Both the position numbers and the translations under genes were made by a program. From Myxococcales bacterium (GTDB lineage Bacteria; Myxococcota_A; Polyangia; Polyangiales; Polyangiaceae): a stretch of 64,000 bases of DNA. Within the stretch, counting starts at the first letter, position 1; every line of letters starts with the position of its first letter. Shown here in pieces: positions 30,383 to 39,360 of the stretch. The notes under the pieces are model-generated. The model was given only the letters and a program-made list of their open reading frames with translations, ran no database searches and had not been told where the DNA came from. The stretch spans positions 92,041-156,040 of the forward strand of contig JAYTOU010000057.1 of assembly GCA_043747615.1 (NCBI GenBank), in the 5' to 3' direction.

Positions 30383-30612
30383 GGCGTCACCTTAGGTGGG
30401 GATTGTCACGGGCTGGTCACCGGGGGGACATTCCATTTCCACGTTGCACCGCCGCCTCTCGCCGCGGGGGCCTAACCCGCACCCCCTAGCCCCCTCTTCA
30501 AAGGCGAGGGGGATCGGAGGGGGAGGGGTGAGCAACGATTAGGGTACAGCTCCAAGTTTAAAGGAGGACCCCCCACCCCCCACAGGGGGGACAGCCCCAT
30601 CCTCTGGGCGCT

Positions 30613-30862
30613 TTCCCAAAGGGAAGGAGTACCGGCGAGCGGTGACGGGGGGGGGATGGGCGCGTCCTGATCAACGTCGCCTTGGGGGTCATGGAACCCC
30701 TTGTTTTTGGCGGTCGTTCGAGATCGTTAGCTAGCTCATGATCTTTTGGTGGCGTTCGAGATCGTTAGCTAGTTCATGATCTTTTCGATCGTCGCAACGA
30801 CCCGAGGACGCGCCATCCGGCGGCCGATCTTCGCGAGCGCGTACTCCTTCCCCAAAGGGAAG
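30613..30862. repeat. REP/REPIN- or MITE-like element bounded by inverted repeats
   Basis: GGGAAGGAGTAC (30621-30632) and GTACTCCTTCCC (30841-30852) form a perfect inverted repeat, each end carrying a TTCCC(C)AAAGGGAA hairpin. An inner inverted repeat pairs 30654-30668 with 30805-30818. Confidence 0.6.
30715..30785. repeat. Tandem direct repeat of a 33-bp palindromic unit (2 copies, period 38)
   Basis: CGTTCGAGATCGTTAGCTAG(C/T)TCATGATCTTTT at 30715-30747 and 30753-30785, with one mismatch. Confidence 0.9.
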
Positions 30863-30898
30863 TAAGCCCCCGCGGCAGCGGCAGCCTCGCGGCAGCGG

Positions 30899-31882
30899 CT
30901 AACCCGATTGAAAAAATTGAACAGAGAAGAGACCCGCAGGGTCAGTCCAGACGCGCTGCACGGCGAAACCGCTTTTTTCGGCGATGGCCCTCATGCGCTC
31001 GAGGCTGAACTTGTGAGAGTACTCGGTGAGGATTGCCTCGCCCTCGTCGAACGCGACCGACACGGGGCCGACGTGCGCGACTTGGCGGCAGGTGGAGACG
31101 AGGTGCATTTCCACCCGACTCTCAGCCTCGTTGTAAAACGCACGGTGGCGGAATCGTGAGGGATCGAAGCTGCCCCCGATCTCGTGATTGATCCGGGTGA
31201 GGAGGTTCGAGTTGAACGCCGCTGTGACGCCGCGCTCGTCGTTGTACGCCCGCTCCAGGACCGCGCGATCTTTTTCTAGGTCTACGCCGACGAGGACCGC
31301 ACACGGGCGGCCCGCGAGCGTGCGAAGATGCGACAGGAACGTCATCGCTTCGGTGGGGTTCATGTTCCCGATCGTCGATCCAGGGAAGAAGAAGCACACC
31401 TGTGCGACTTCGCGCTTCGGCTTGGGGAGGGCCATCGCCCGCGTGTAGTCCGCGCATACGGGGAGGACTTCGAGGGACGAGTACGCATCGCAGAGGAGCG
31501 CCGCGCTGGCTATGAGGTGCTCGCGCGCGATGTCCACGGGAACGTAAGCGACCGGCGCTTCGAGCTTGTCGAGCAACAGACGCGTCTTGGTGCCACTGCC
31601 GCTGCCAAGCTCGACGATGAGCGCGCCTGGCCCGATGCACGCCGCCATCTCGCTCGCAAAGGTCTGGAGGATAGCGGTCTCCGTGCGCGTCAAATAGTAC
31701 TCGTCGAGATCACAGATCTCGTCGAACAAGCGCGAGCCTCGCTCGTCATAGAAGAACTTGCAGGGGATCGACTTCGGCTGCCGTCCGAGGCCGCGCAGCA
31801 CCTCGTCACGAAAAGACTCCGGGGTGGGAGCGTAGTCGTAGAGGGTGATCGGCCCGATTTGCTTCGTCTGAAGTCGCGTCAT
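30899..31882 (-). CDS. egtD: L-histidine N-alpha-methyltransferase (ergothioneine biosynthesis)
   Basis: KSIPCKFFYDERGSRLFDEI..LDEYYLTRTE, ELGSGSGTKT, FPGSTIGN, AYND..GVTAAFN, EMHL, TEYSHKF. The ATG at 31882 overlaps the egtB stop. Confidence 0.93.
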   Translation of the reverse strand: MTRLQTKQIGPITLYDYAPTPESFRDEVLRGLGRQPKSIPCKFFYDERGSRLFDEICDLDEYYLTRTETAILQTFASEMAACIGPGALIVELGSGSGTKTRLLLDKLEAPVAYVPVDIAREHLIASAALLCDAYSSLEVLPVCADYTRAMALPKPKREVAQVCFFFPGSTIGNMNPTEAMTFLSHLRTLAGRPCAVLVGVDLEKDRAVLERAYNDERGVTAAFNSNLLTRINHEIGGSFDPSRFRHRAFYNEAESRVEMHLVSTCRQVAHVGPVSVAFDEGEAILTEYSHKFSLERMRAIAEKSGFAVQRVWTDPAGLFSVQFFQSG

Positions 31883-33171
31883 GCGTCCTTCGCGAGACGA
31901 ATTCCGCTGAACTGCCAGCGCGTCTCCGGAGGAAAGAAATTGCGATACGAAGCCCGGACGTGACCGCGGGGCGTCGCGCATGATCCTCCGCGAAGCACCA
32001 TTTGGTTGCACATGAACTTGCCGTTGTACTCGCCGAGCGCACCCTCGACGGGGCGGAACCCGGGGTAGGGTGCGTAGGGGCTCGCGCTCCATTCCCAGGC
32101 GTCGCCAAACATTTGCTGGGGCTCGCGTGTAGTGCTCGCGACTCGCGCCGCAAGGGGATGCAGGACCTTCGAGTCCGCGAAATTTCCGTCGATGACGAGC
32201 CCCGCGGCGGCGTGCTCCCACTCATGCTCGGTGGGCAATCGTACACCTGCCCAGCGAGCGTACGCGTCCGCTTCGTAGAAGCTGACATGGCACACCGGGG
32301 CCGCAGAGTGAACGGCGCGCATTCCGCCGAGCGTCATCTGCGTGTACCAGTTGCCCTGTTTTTCCCAGTAGAGCGGCGCCGTCCAGGAAAGTGCGTTCTT
32401 CGTCGCCCAGCCATCCGAGAGCCACAATTCGGGACGCGCGTACCCGTCGTCGGCGATGAACTCGGCGTAATCGCCGCACGTCACGAGGCGCGTCCCGAGC
32501 TCGAACGCCGTCAGGAACGTGCGGTGCCGCGGCATCTCGTTGTCGAACGCAAATCCGTCTCCGTCGTGGCCCGTCCAGACGAGGTCCTCGTTGTAAGCGC
32601 GCCACGAAAGAGCGGCAGCCTTCTCTTCGGGCGCCGCCGTGAATTTCGCATGCGCGTAGATCGGGCGAAGCGGGTTCGACGCAAACGCATGTTGGATGTC
32701 TGTGAGGATCAGCTCTTGGTGCTGCTGCTCGTGGTGCAGGCCGAGCACGATCGCGCTGGTGGTCTCCGCGCCAAGCGTTCCGTTCATCAGCTCGAGCATC
32801 GCCTCGTCGATCGCCGAGCGGTACGCATGCACCTCGGCGACGCTCGGCCGACTCAGCACTCCGCGCCTCGGACGCTCGAAGCGATCTCCAACGGTCTCGT
32901 AGTACGAGTTGAAGAGAAGACCGAACGTCGGGTGATGAGGACGATGATCCGCGAGCGCCTTGCCGAGCACGAACGTCTCGAAGAACCAGGTGGTGTGCGC
33001 GAGGTGCCATTTGAGCGGGCTCGCATCGGCCATCGACTGCACCACGTAGTCCTCGGGGAGGAGCGACGCACATAGCGCTTCCGACGCCCTGCGAACGCTC
33101 GAGTAGCGGGTCGCCAGGGAAGGAGTCACGGAGTGTTCGCTGAGCAAGGCCGCGGTTATTTGCGCATTCAT
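31879..33171 (-). CDS. egtB: Ergothioneine biosynthesis sulfoxide synthase (DinB_2 + FGE-sulfatase domains)
   Basis: QSMADASPLKWHLAHTTWFFE, FNSYY, HHEQQHQE, RLPTEHEWE, EYNGKFM, YRNFFPP..RWQFSG. Confidence 0.93.
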   Translation of the reverse strand: MNAQITAALLSEHSVTPSLATRYSSVRRASEALCASLLPEDYVVQSMADASPLKWHLAHTTWFFETFVLGKALADHRPHHPTFGLLFNSYYETVGDRFERPRRGVLSRPSVAEVHAYRSAIDEAMLELMNGTLGAETTSAIVLGLHHEQQHQELILTDIQHAFASNPLRPIYAHAKFTAAPEEKAAALSWRAYNEDLVWTGHDGDGFAFDNEMPRHRTFLTAFELGTRLVTCGDYAEFIADDGYARPELWLSDGWATKNALSWTAPLYWEKQGNWYTQMTLGGMRAVHSAAPVCHVSFYEADAYARWAGVRLPTEHEWEHAAAGLVIDGNFADSKVLHPLAARVASTTREPQQMFGDAWEWSASPYAPYPGFRPVEGALGEYNGKFMCNQMVLRGGSCATPRGHVRASYRNFFPPETRWQFSGIRLAKDA

Positions 33172-33244
33172 GGCAGGGCCAACCAGGCTAGACGTGCACC
33201 GCAACTCCTTCAACCGTCGCGATGCCTACGCCGCCGCACGGGGA

Positions 33245-33259
33245 CGGCACGACGGTTGC
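33245..33259 (+). promoter_or_regulatory. Putative sigma-54 promoter upstream of the DUF2330 gene
   Basis: CGGCACGACGGTTGC is a close match to TGGCACG-N4-TTGC; intergenic. Confidence 0.5.
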
Positions 33260-33390
33260 CTTGTCGTCGGGATGGCGGTCCTGACGACATCGCCTAGTCG
33301 AAGAAAGACCCTGCCTTGCAACGAAGGGGTCTGGCGTCGATGTCACGGTCTGCGTAACCACCCGGGCACTTAACTTTTTTAGGAGATCCC

Positions 33391-35010
33391 ATGCTTCGTC
33401 GCTTTAATCGCCTCGCTCCCTTCGGCTTGGCAGCAGCGGTCTTTGCGTTCGGCTCTCACGAGCGCACTGCGGAGGCATGCGGAGGTTACTTCTCACCACC
33501 TCAGGCGACGGAGAGAACGGTGGTGACCGATCACCGGATGGCGTTCTCGATTTCGCAACAGCAGACCGTGCTCTGGGATCAGATCCGCTACGCTGGCGAC
33601 CCGAAGGAGTTTGCCTGGGTGCTTCCGGTGCAGCCCGGCGCGACCGTCGAGCTATCTCACGACGAATGGTTCGCGGCCCTCGACGCAAGCACGCAGCCCG
33701 TGATCTCAGAGCCCTACCGCAGCTACGGAGGCGGCGGTTGCGCGCTCGGTGGGTGCAATGGCAGCGCAGACTCGACCAGTGCAGTGCCAGGCGCGGGGCA
33801 GGTTCAGATCATCAGCCAGAGCGTGATCGGTCCGTACGAAACCGTCACTCTTCGCGCCACCGATCCGAAGGCGCTCATCAACTGGCTGAACGAGCACGCC
33901 TACGAGATTCCGCCGGCGATTCAGCCCACCATCGATTCCTACACCTCGGAGGGCTTCGACTTCATCGCGCTTCGCCTGCGCCCGATCTGCAACGAGCGTT
34001 CGATGAAGCCGGTGCGCATCGTCAGCCCCGGCGCGGACGCGACGTTGCCGCTTCGCATGATCGCCGCGGGTGTCGGCGAGCGCGTCGGTCTCACCCTCTA
34101 CGTGATCAGCGAAGGGCGCTATCACCCGCAGAATTTCCCCGACGCCGTGATTGACTACTCGAAGCTCACCTGGGATCGAACGCAGAGCCGGTCGAACTAC
34201 GAAGAGCTCTCGATCGCTGCAATGGGCGAGAGCAACGGCCGCTCATGGCTCACCGAGTCCGCCAATCACCCGCAGCTCTTTCCGGCCAACAGCAACAACC
34301 CTGGGTATTACAACAACGGCGGCTACAACAACGGGGGCTACCCGTCGGGCGGTGGGTACAGCGGAAATCCCGGATTGGCCGACGCATACCTGGCGTCGTG
34401 CAGAAGCCCAAGCTACCGCGCGCCGAGCGGCTCGGGATCAGCGAACGGTCAAGGGACGACGCCTCCCCAGCCGTGCGATCGCGGCATGGGGGCCATGGAC
34501 TCGGGGAGCGATGCGAACGTGGTGCGGGACAGCGCGCCCGAAGCTTCGGTCGATGATGCGGGTGACGCTAGCGACGCGGGCGACGGGGCAGTCGAAGCCT
34601 CAGCTCCGCCCGATGCTGGGCTCCCTCCGAAGCCTCCGCGGGATGCGGGAGCCCCCCCTACGAACCCGCCCGACACCTCGACGTGCCCGGGCTTCGACGA
34701 TCTCGACGTGGCCATGAAGGGGCTGCACGCGAACGACGTGTGGGTGACCCGCCTGCGCGCGGTGCTTCCGGTCGACGCGCTCAGCGCCGGGGACTTGCGT
34801 CTCGAGCCGACGAAGGATCCGCGGCTCGTGCAGACGAGCAGTCACACGGCGGTGCGCTACTCCGACCAGCCTGCGCAGGATCCGCAAGCTTCGAGCTCGA
34901 GCAAGGGCTGCGCGAGCACACCGAAACAGCACGACGCATTCGGCTCGGTGATGGTGATCGGGACGACGATCCTGGGGCTCTTCTCGGTCCTCAAGCGCCG
35001 TCGCCGCTGA
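33391..35010 (+). CDS. DUF2330-family exported protein with a MYXO-CTERM-like C-terminal anchor
   Basis: Signal peptide ending AEA-CGG, QIRYAGDPKEFAWVLPV, IGPYE, WL...Y, FIALRL, LPLRM. C-terminus is SSSKGC + hydrophobic helix + KRRRR. Confidence 0.8.
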   Translation: MLRRFNRLAPFGLAAAVFAFGSHERTAEACGGYFSPPQATERTVVTDHRMAFSISQQQTVLWDQIRYAGDPKEFAWVLPVQPGATVELSHDEWFAALDASTQPVISEPYRSYGGGGCALGGCNGSADSTSAVPGAGQVQIISQSVIGPYETVTLRATDPKALINWLNEHAYEIPPAIQPTIDSYTSEGFDFIALRLRPICNERSMKPVRIVSPGADATLPLRMIAAGVGERVGLTLYVISEGRYHPQNFPDAVIDYSKLTWDRTQSRSNYEELSIAAMGESNGRSWLTESANHPQLFPANSNNPGYYNNGGYNNGGYPSGGGYSGNPGLADAYLASCRSPSYRAPSGSGSANGQGTTPPQPCDRGMGAMDSGSDANVVRDSAPEASVDDAGDASDAGDGAVEASAPPDAGLPPKPPRDAGAPPTNPPDTSTCPGFDDLDVAMKGLHANDVWVTRLRAVLPVDALSAGDLRLEPTKDPRLVQTSSHTAVRYSDQPAQDPQASSSSKGCASTPKQHDAFGSVMVIGTTILGLFSVLKRRRR

Positions 35011-35024
35011 GCGCAACGAGTGCT

Positions 35025-36935
35025 CTACGCTTCCCACTCCGTATGTTGCACGACGGGAAGCTGCAGCGCTCGTTCGCGATCCAGGTCGAGATTTCCGACG
35101 TGCAAGCTGAGCGGGGTCTGCACCCACTTGTAGATGGACTGCGTGAAGAGGCGTCCGAACTTCGCGGCCCATGTCTCGAGGCGCTCCGGAGACTCGCCGG
35201 GAAAAATAGATTTGAGGGCGAGCGCCACCTCCGCCAGGCTCATCTTCTCGCCGGCGTACAAGTAGAAGCACGCGTCGAGCACGGGGAACGGCATGAGATC
35301 CTTCTCGTCCTCCATGTTCTCGGCGAGCTCGGCCGACGCGGGCTTCAGCATCGTGAGGCGGATGGCCTCGGAGCCGGTCGTCTCGCGCACGTAGTCGAGG
35401 AGGTAGTTGACGACCGTCTTTGGCACGTTGGCAATGACCGAGAGCGCGCCCTCCATGTCACCGCCGATCGTGGTGTATCCCACGGCTTTTTCGCTCATGT
35501 TGCTGGTTTGCAGAAAGAGCCCGGCGGCACTGTTCGCCCACGTCCACATGCGCTCTGCGCGAAGGCGAGCCTGCACGTTTTGTTTGGCGACCTGGGTGAG
35601 CGCCTCGCCGGGCTGGAGCATTCCCGTCATCGCCTCGACCTCGCGGACGAACGCGTCTTCGATCGACACCACCGCGAAAGGAACCCCGAGCTCGGTCGCC
35701 GCCGCTTCCGCCGCCGCGCGCGTTTCATCCGAGGAAAACCGGGTCGGCATGTAGAAGGCGCGAAGGTGCTCGGCGATCTTCGCCTTGCGCGCAGGAGCGG
35801 CGAGCGACGCGTACTTCCGGTGAATGAAGCGCTGGGCCAGGATGAGGCAGAGAAGGCTGTCCCTTCCGCCGGAGAGCGCGACGCCGATGGTCTTGAATGC
35901 GCGGGTCTTCTCGAAGTAGTCGCCGATGCCGAGTGAGAGCGCATCGAGGAGGTCCTCGCAGAACTCTTCGCGAGCGGAGCGCGGCACGTCGGCGCCCGGA
36001 AGAAAAAAGCTGCCTGAGCGCGGGGGCGTGAAGCGAAGTGCGTCCCTCCCCGAGGTGGGCTCGGTGACCTTGACGCGGCGCACGTGAGGCGCAGACGCGG
36101 CGACGAACGTCTCTTGATCGGTGCGCCACGTGGTGTTCTCGACACGGAGCCTGCGCGTGCGATCGAGATCGACGGTGACTGCGCTGAACTGCTCTTCGAA
36201 GCGTGACGCCACGTGGAGCATGCGCCCGTTCTGGGCGACGAAGCCGCCGCCGTCGAAGATGAGCCCGTCGTTCGCGCCGACGAGAGCCGCATACGCCAGA
36301 GTGGCTTGATTATCGCCTGATCGCGTGGAGATCATCTCGCGCCGCGTGGCGACGACACCAAGCCGGAAGGGCGACGCGGAGATGTTCACGACCAGCTCGG
36401 CGCCCGCGTAGCAGCGCCTTCGCATCGGTCCGTCGGGCGACCACAAGTCTTCGCACACCTCGATGGCCACGCTTCCGAAATCGAGATCGAAGATCAGATC
36501 GCCAAACGGGACGCCGGCAACTTCGTCGTAGAGCCCGGGTGCGCCGCGGGCGAGGGTTCGCCCCTCGTAGAAGACGTTGTACGAGGGGAGCTTCTCCTTC
36601 GGTACGAGTCCGCGGATGCGCCCGCCGTGAATGAGAGCTGCGCAGTTGTAGAGGTGATCTCCGCGCGCGATGGTGACCCCGGCGACGATGGCCGCACCGA
36701 GCGATGCCGTCTCCGTCGCGAAACGCTCGAGCTCACGCCGCTGCGCCTCGACGAACGTTCGCCACTGGACGAGATCCTCCTGCATGTACCCGCCAACGAG
36801 CTGCTCGGGGAGCGCGATGATCGTTGCTCCGTCTTCGGCCGCGGCCTTGGTGATGGAGAGCGCGCGGTCGACGTTGCTCTTCACCGCGCCAACGGTGGTG
36901 TTGACGTTGACGAGGGCGATTCGAATGAGTCTCAT
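35025..36935 (-). CDS. nadE: Glutamine-dependent NAD+ synthetase
   Basis: Nitrilase domain (LPEQ, PKEKLPSY, VCEDLW) plus synthetase domain (LSGGRDS, NVQARLR, SEKAVGYTT..GD, ASAEL). Confidence 0.95.
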   Translation of the reverse strand: MRLIRIALVNVNTTVGAVKSNVDRALSITKAAAEDGATIIALPEQLVGGYMQEDLVQWRTFVEAQRRELERFATETASLGAAIVAGVTIARGDHLYNCAALIHGGRIRGLVPKEKLPSYNVFYEGRTLARGAPGLYDEVAGVPFGDLIFDLDFGSVAIEVCEDLWSPDGPMRRRCYAGAELVVNISASPFRLGVVATRREMISTRSGDNQATLAYAALVGANDGLIFDGGGFVAQNGRMLHVASRFEEQFSAVTVDLDRTRRLRVENTTWRTDQETFVAASAPHVRRVKVTEPTSGRDALRFTPPRSGSFFLPGADVPRSAREEFCEDLLDALSLGIGDYFEKTRAFKTIGVALSGGRDSLLCLILAQRFIHRKYASLAAPARKAKIAEHLRAFYMPTRFSSDETRAAAEAAATELGVPFAVVSIEDAFVREVEAMTGMLQPGEALTQVAKQNVQARLRAERMWTWANSAAGLFLQTSNMSEKAVGYTTIGGDMEGALSVIANVPKTVVNYLLDYVRETTGSEAIRLTMLKPASAELAENMEDEKDLMPFPVLDACFYLYAGEKMSLAEVALALKSIFPGESPERLETWAAKFGRLFTQSIYKWVQTPLSLHVGNLDLDRERALQLPVVQHTEWEA

Positions 36936-36942
36936 GGGAGCA

Positions 36943-38175
36943 TCAGAGTCTATCGTAGGGCCATTCGTCGCGGGCGATGTCTCCGAAGAGCATGCCGGCC
37001 TTCGTTCCAGTCATGCTGCGCACCATCTCGCGGCGGATGAAGGGGATCCGGCACATGGGCCCCATGAGCGCGTCGCGGAGCAGACCGAGAACGCCGTAAT
37101 CCGACTGGAAGAACGGGGTGAGCCAGCGGGTCGCGAACTGATAGAAGGCGAGGTGGTCCTTCCGACGTCGCGAATATTCGTCGAGGGCCGACGGTAAGAA
37201 CGGCACCTCGGCCACGCAATCCGAGAGGATCATCGCGTCGTACAGAGCGAGGTTGCATCCCTGCCCGAGCTGAGGGCTCGTTGCGTGCGCCGCGTCTCCG
37301 ATGAAGACGACGTTCCGCGTGTTCCACGGGTCCATCACCACGTCGTGGTAGCCGGCAAATGTGATCTGCTGCGGATCGACGATCTGCTCGAGGAGAGGTT
37401 CGGCGTGCGGCGCGTACGCCCGGATGCTCGCCTTCCACGCCTCGAGACCGTCGCGCTGCCACTGCCCAAAGAGATCTGCCCGAAGACTCCAGAAGAGGCT
37501 CACGAGCGGCGTCGCGCCTTCACCTGGCCCGAGCCCCGTCGGCAGAAAGCCGAGCATGCGCTGCGGCCCTTCGACGATCTGGTGGAGCTCACCTGCGAAG
37601 AGATTTTCTGGATCCTTTCCGATGAACCACAGCGCGCCCCATGGGTAAGGCGTCACTGACTTGTGCTGGCTGGCGCCGTCGCGAAGACGGGAGCGCGCGC
37701 CGTCGGCGACGACGATGAGATCATGCGGTCCGAGCTCCACTCCTTCGGAGTCGACGACGTACCGCTTGCCGCGATTCGCACGCCCGAAAGAGTCGATGGC
37801 GCAGTCGCAGCGAAGCTCGATGGCAGGCTCTTTGAGGATCGCGCGATGGAGGTGCTCGAAGAGGACTCCGCGGTGAAGACCGTAGCCTTGGTGGTCCGGA
37901 CCGAGGGACGTGTACTCGAGATCGATCACCGTCTTTTTCGCGGCTGTTTCGCAGCGAAGTCGGGTGAGCGGCGAGCCGCGATCAGCAACGTCGCGCATCA
38001 TGCCGAGGCGTTGGAGCACCGCGAGCCCACTCGGCTGGAGCACGATCCCCGCGCCCACCGGACCCGGATTCGGCACGCGCTCGTAGAGCGTCACCGCGTG
38101 ACCCGAACGCGCGAGAAAAAGAGCGGCCGCCGTTCCTGCCGTGCCCGCTCCGATGATCCCCACGTCCAGCATCAC
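36943..38175 (-). CDS. FAD-dependent monooxygenase (UbiH-like/group A)
   Basis: GAGTAG, GAGI, VADGARS, IGDAAHATSPQLGQGCNLAL.DA. Confidence 0.9.
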   Translation of the reverse strand: MMLDVGIIGAGTAGTAAALFLARSGHAVTLYERVPNPGPVGAGIVLQPSGLAVLQRLGMMRDVADRGSPLTRLRCETAAKKTVIDLEYTSLGPDHQGYGLHRGVLFEHLHRAILKEPAIELRCDCAIDSFGRANRGKRYVVDSEGVELGPHDLIVVADGARSRLRDGASQHKSVTPYPWGALWFIGKDPENLFAGELHQIVEGPQRMLGFLPTGLGPGEGATPLVSLFWSLRADLFGQWQRDGLEAWKASIRAYAPHAEPLLEQIVDPQQITFAGYHDVVMDPWNTRNVVFIGDAAHATSPQLGQGCNLALYDAMILSDCVAEVPFLPSALDEYSRRRKDHLAFYQFATRWLTPFFQSDYGVLGLLRDALMGPMCRIPFIRREMVRSMTGTKAGMLFGDIARDEWPYDRL

Positions 38176-38221
38176 GACTGAGTAGCACTAACTCAGCCGT
38201 GGCGCGGGTTGCCCGTGGCGG

Positions 38222-38446
38222 CTAGCTGCCCTTCTTCGTCGGCTTGGTCTGTCCGGCCTTCGCGGCCTTCTCGGCCTGACGAAGGCTCTCGCCCTCGGGA
38301 CCTTCGAGCGCCTTCTTGGCTAGTTTTCCGAGCTCCTCGGAGTGCCCGGCCTTCACGGATTCCTCGAGCCCCTCGTTGTAGTTGTGGGTGGCCGTGTAGC
38401 TGCCTTCTCCTTCGACGCCGTTCGACTTCTTCTTGGAATTCGTCAT
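38222..38446 (-). CDS. Small hydrophilic hypothetical protein
   Basis: 74 aa (MTNSKKKSNGVEGEGSYTATHNYNEG...ALEGPEGESLRQAE). Strong AGGAGG SD before the ATG at 38446. Confidence 0.75.
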   Translation of the reverse strand: MTNSKKKSNGVEGEGSYTATHNYNEGLEESVKAGHSEELGKLAKKALEGPEGESLRQAEKAAKAGQTKPTKKGS

Positions 38447-38483
38447 CGCGTACACCTCCTGGGGGTCGATGCCGAAGAGCGCC

Positions 38484-39320
38484 TCAGGGGGTCTGCGGCC
38501 TCGTTCCGTCGTTTCGGTAGCGCGCGAGATCGAGGTGAAAGTGGTTCCGGTGGCTCGCATTGAAGAAAGGGGTGAGCACGTGAGAGAAAACGTCCTCGTC
38601 GTTCGCGCGCTGCGACACGACGCGCAAGAACGCTCCAGCTGGTTTCCTCGGTGCTCCCTCCGAGAGATCGAAATCGCGGAGGACCTCGATGCTCGCGCCG
38701 TTCTTCAACACGAAGCGCGTCAGATCGATCGCGTTCGCGTAGGCGTGGTCGCTCACGAGCCCCGGGTAGGCCGCGATCTCCCGGCAGCTGTAGGTCCCGA
38801 TCTGATCGATGCGCGCGACGGGTGAGCCGAAGATCGTCGTCGCTTCCTTCTGAAGGATGCGCTCGAACGTCGCGAGCGCGAGAGCCATGGAGCAGGTGAG
38901 AAGCGGCGCCGCGCTGTACGCAATGTTGCCCGGCCCACGAAGGTAGGTGACGACCTGGGGCGCGCCGCACTCGAGCTTCACGCCTTTTTCTTTGTGGACC
39001 GGGAGCGCTGCGGCTTTGAATTTGACGCCCGCCTGCGCGAGCTCCGTTTCGCATTCCGGAAACGCGGCTGGCGGGCCGATGATGAGGTCGTCGTCGGGAT
39101 CGAGGTTCGCGTAGGCACCCGGACGACGAACTCTGAGGCCGGGCTTCGCGTCCGTGCCCGCGTCGGCGAGCGGGACCGACGGTGACGTTGAGACCTCGCT
39201 CGATGCGCCCAACGCGACGACGGCAGGCGACGTCGACAGCGGCGGTTCTTCGACGACCCGCTGCCCCGAACGAGAGCAGGCAAGCAGTCCGAGAGCGAGC
39301 GCGGCGCGGCGGAGCGGCAT
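38484..39320 (-). CDS. Extensin-like C-terminal domain lipoprotein (M15-like Zn peptidase fold)
   Basis: Lipobox [28 protein letters not shown]. Confidence 0.82.
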   Translation of the reverse strand: MPLRRAALALGLLACSRSGQRVVEEPPLSTSPAVVALGASSEVSTSPSVPLADAGTDAKPGLRVRRPGAYANLDPDDDLIIGPPAAFPECETELAQAGVKFKAAALPVHKEKGVKLECGAPQVVTYLRGPGNIAYSAAPLLTCSMALALATFERILQKEATTIFGSPVARIDQIGTYSCREIAAYPGLVSDHAYANAIDLTRFVLKNGASIEVLRDFDLSEGAPRKPAGAFLRVVSQRANDEDVFSHVLTPFFNASHRNHFHLDLARYRNDGTRPQTP

Positions 39321-39360
39321 CGACGCTTCTCTACCAGATCGGTTATCGTGGACGGCACTT

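Noticed and set aside
30715..30785. Possible CRISPR mini-array
   Set aside because: Only two repeats, a 5-bp spacer, and no cas genes in the window.
31879..33171. Selenoneine (senA) or ovothiol (ovoA) synthase
   Set aside because: No senB or selD nearby, no C-terminal methyltransferase fusion, and it is paired with egtD.
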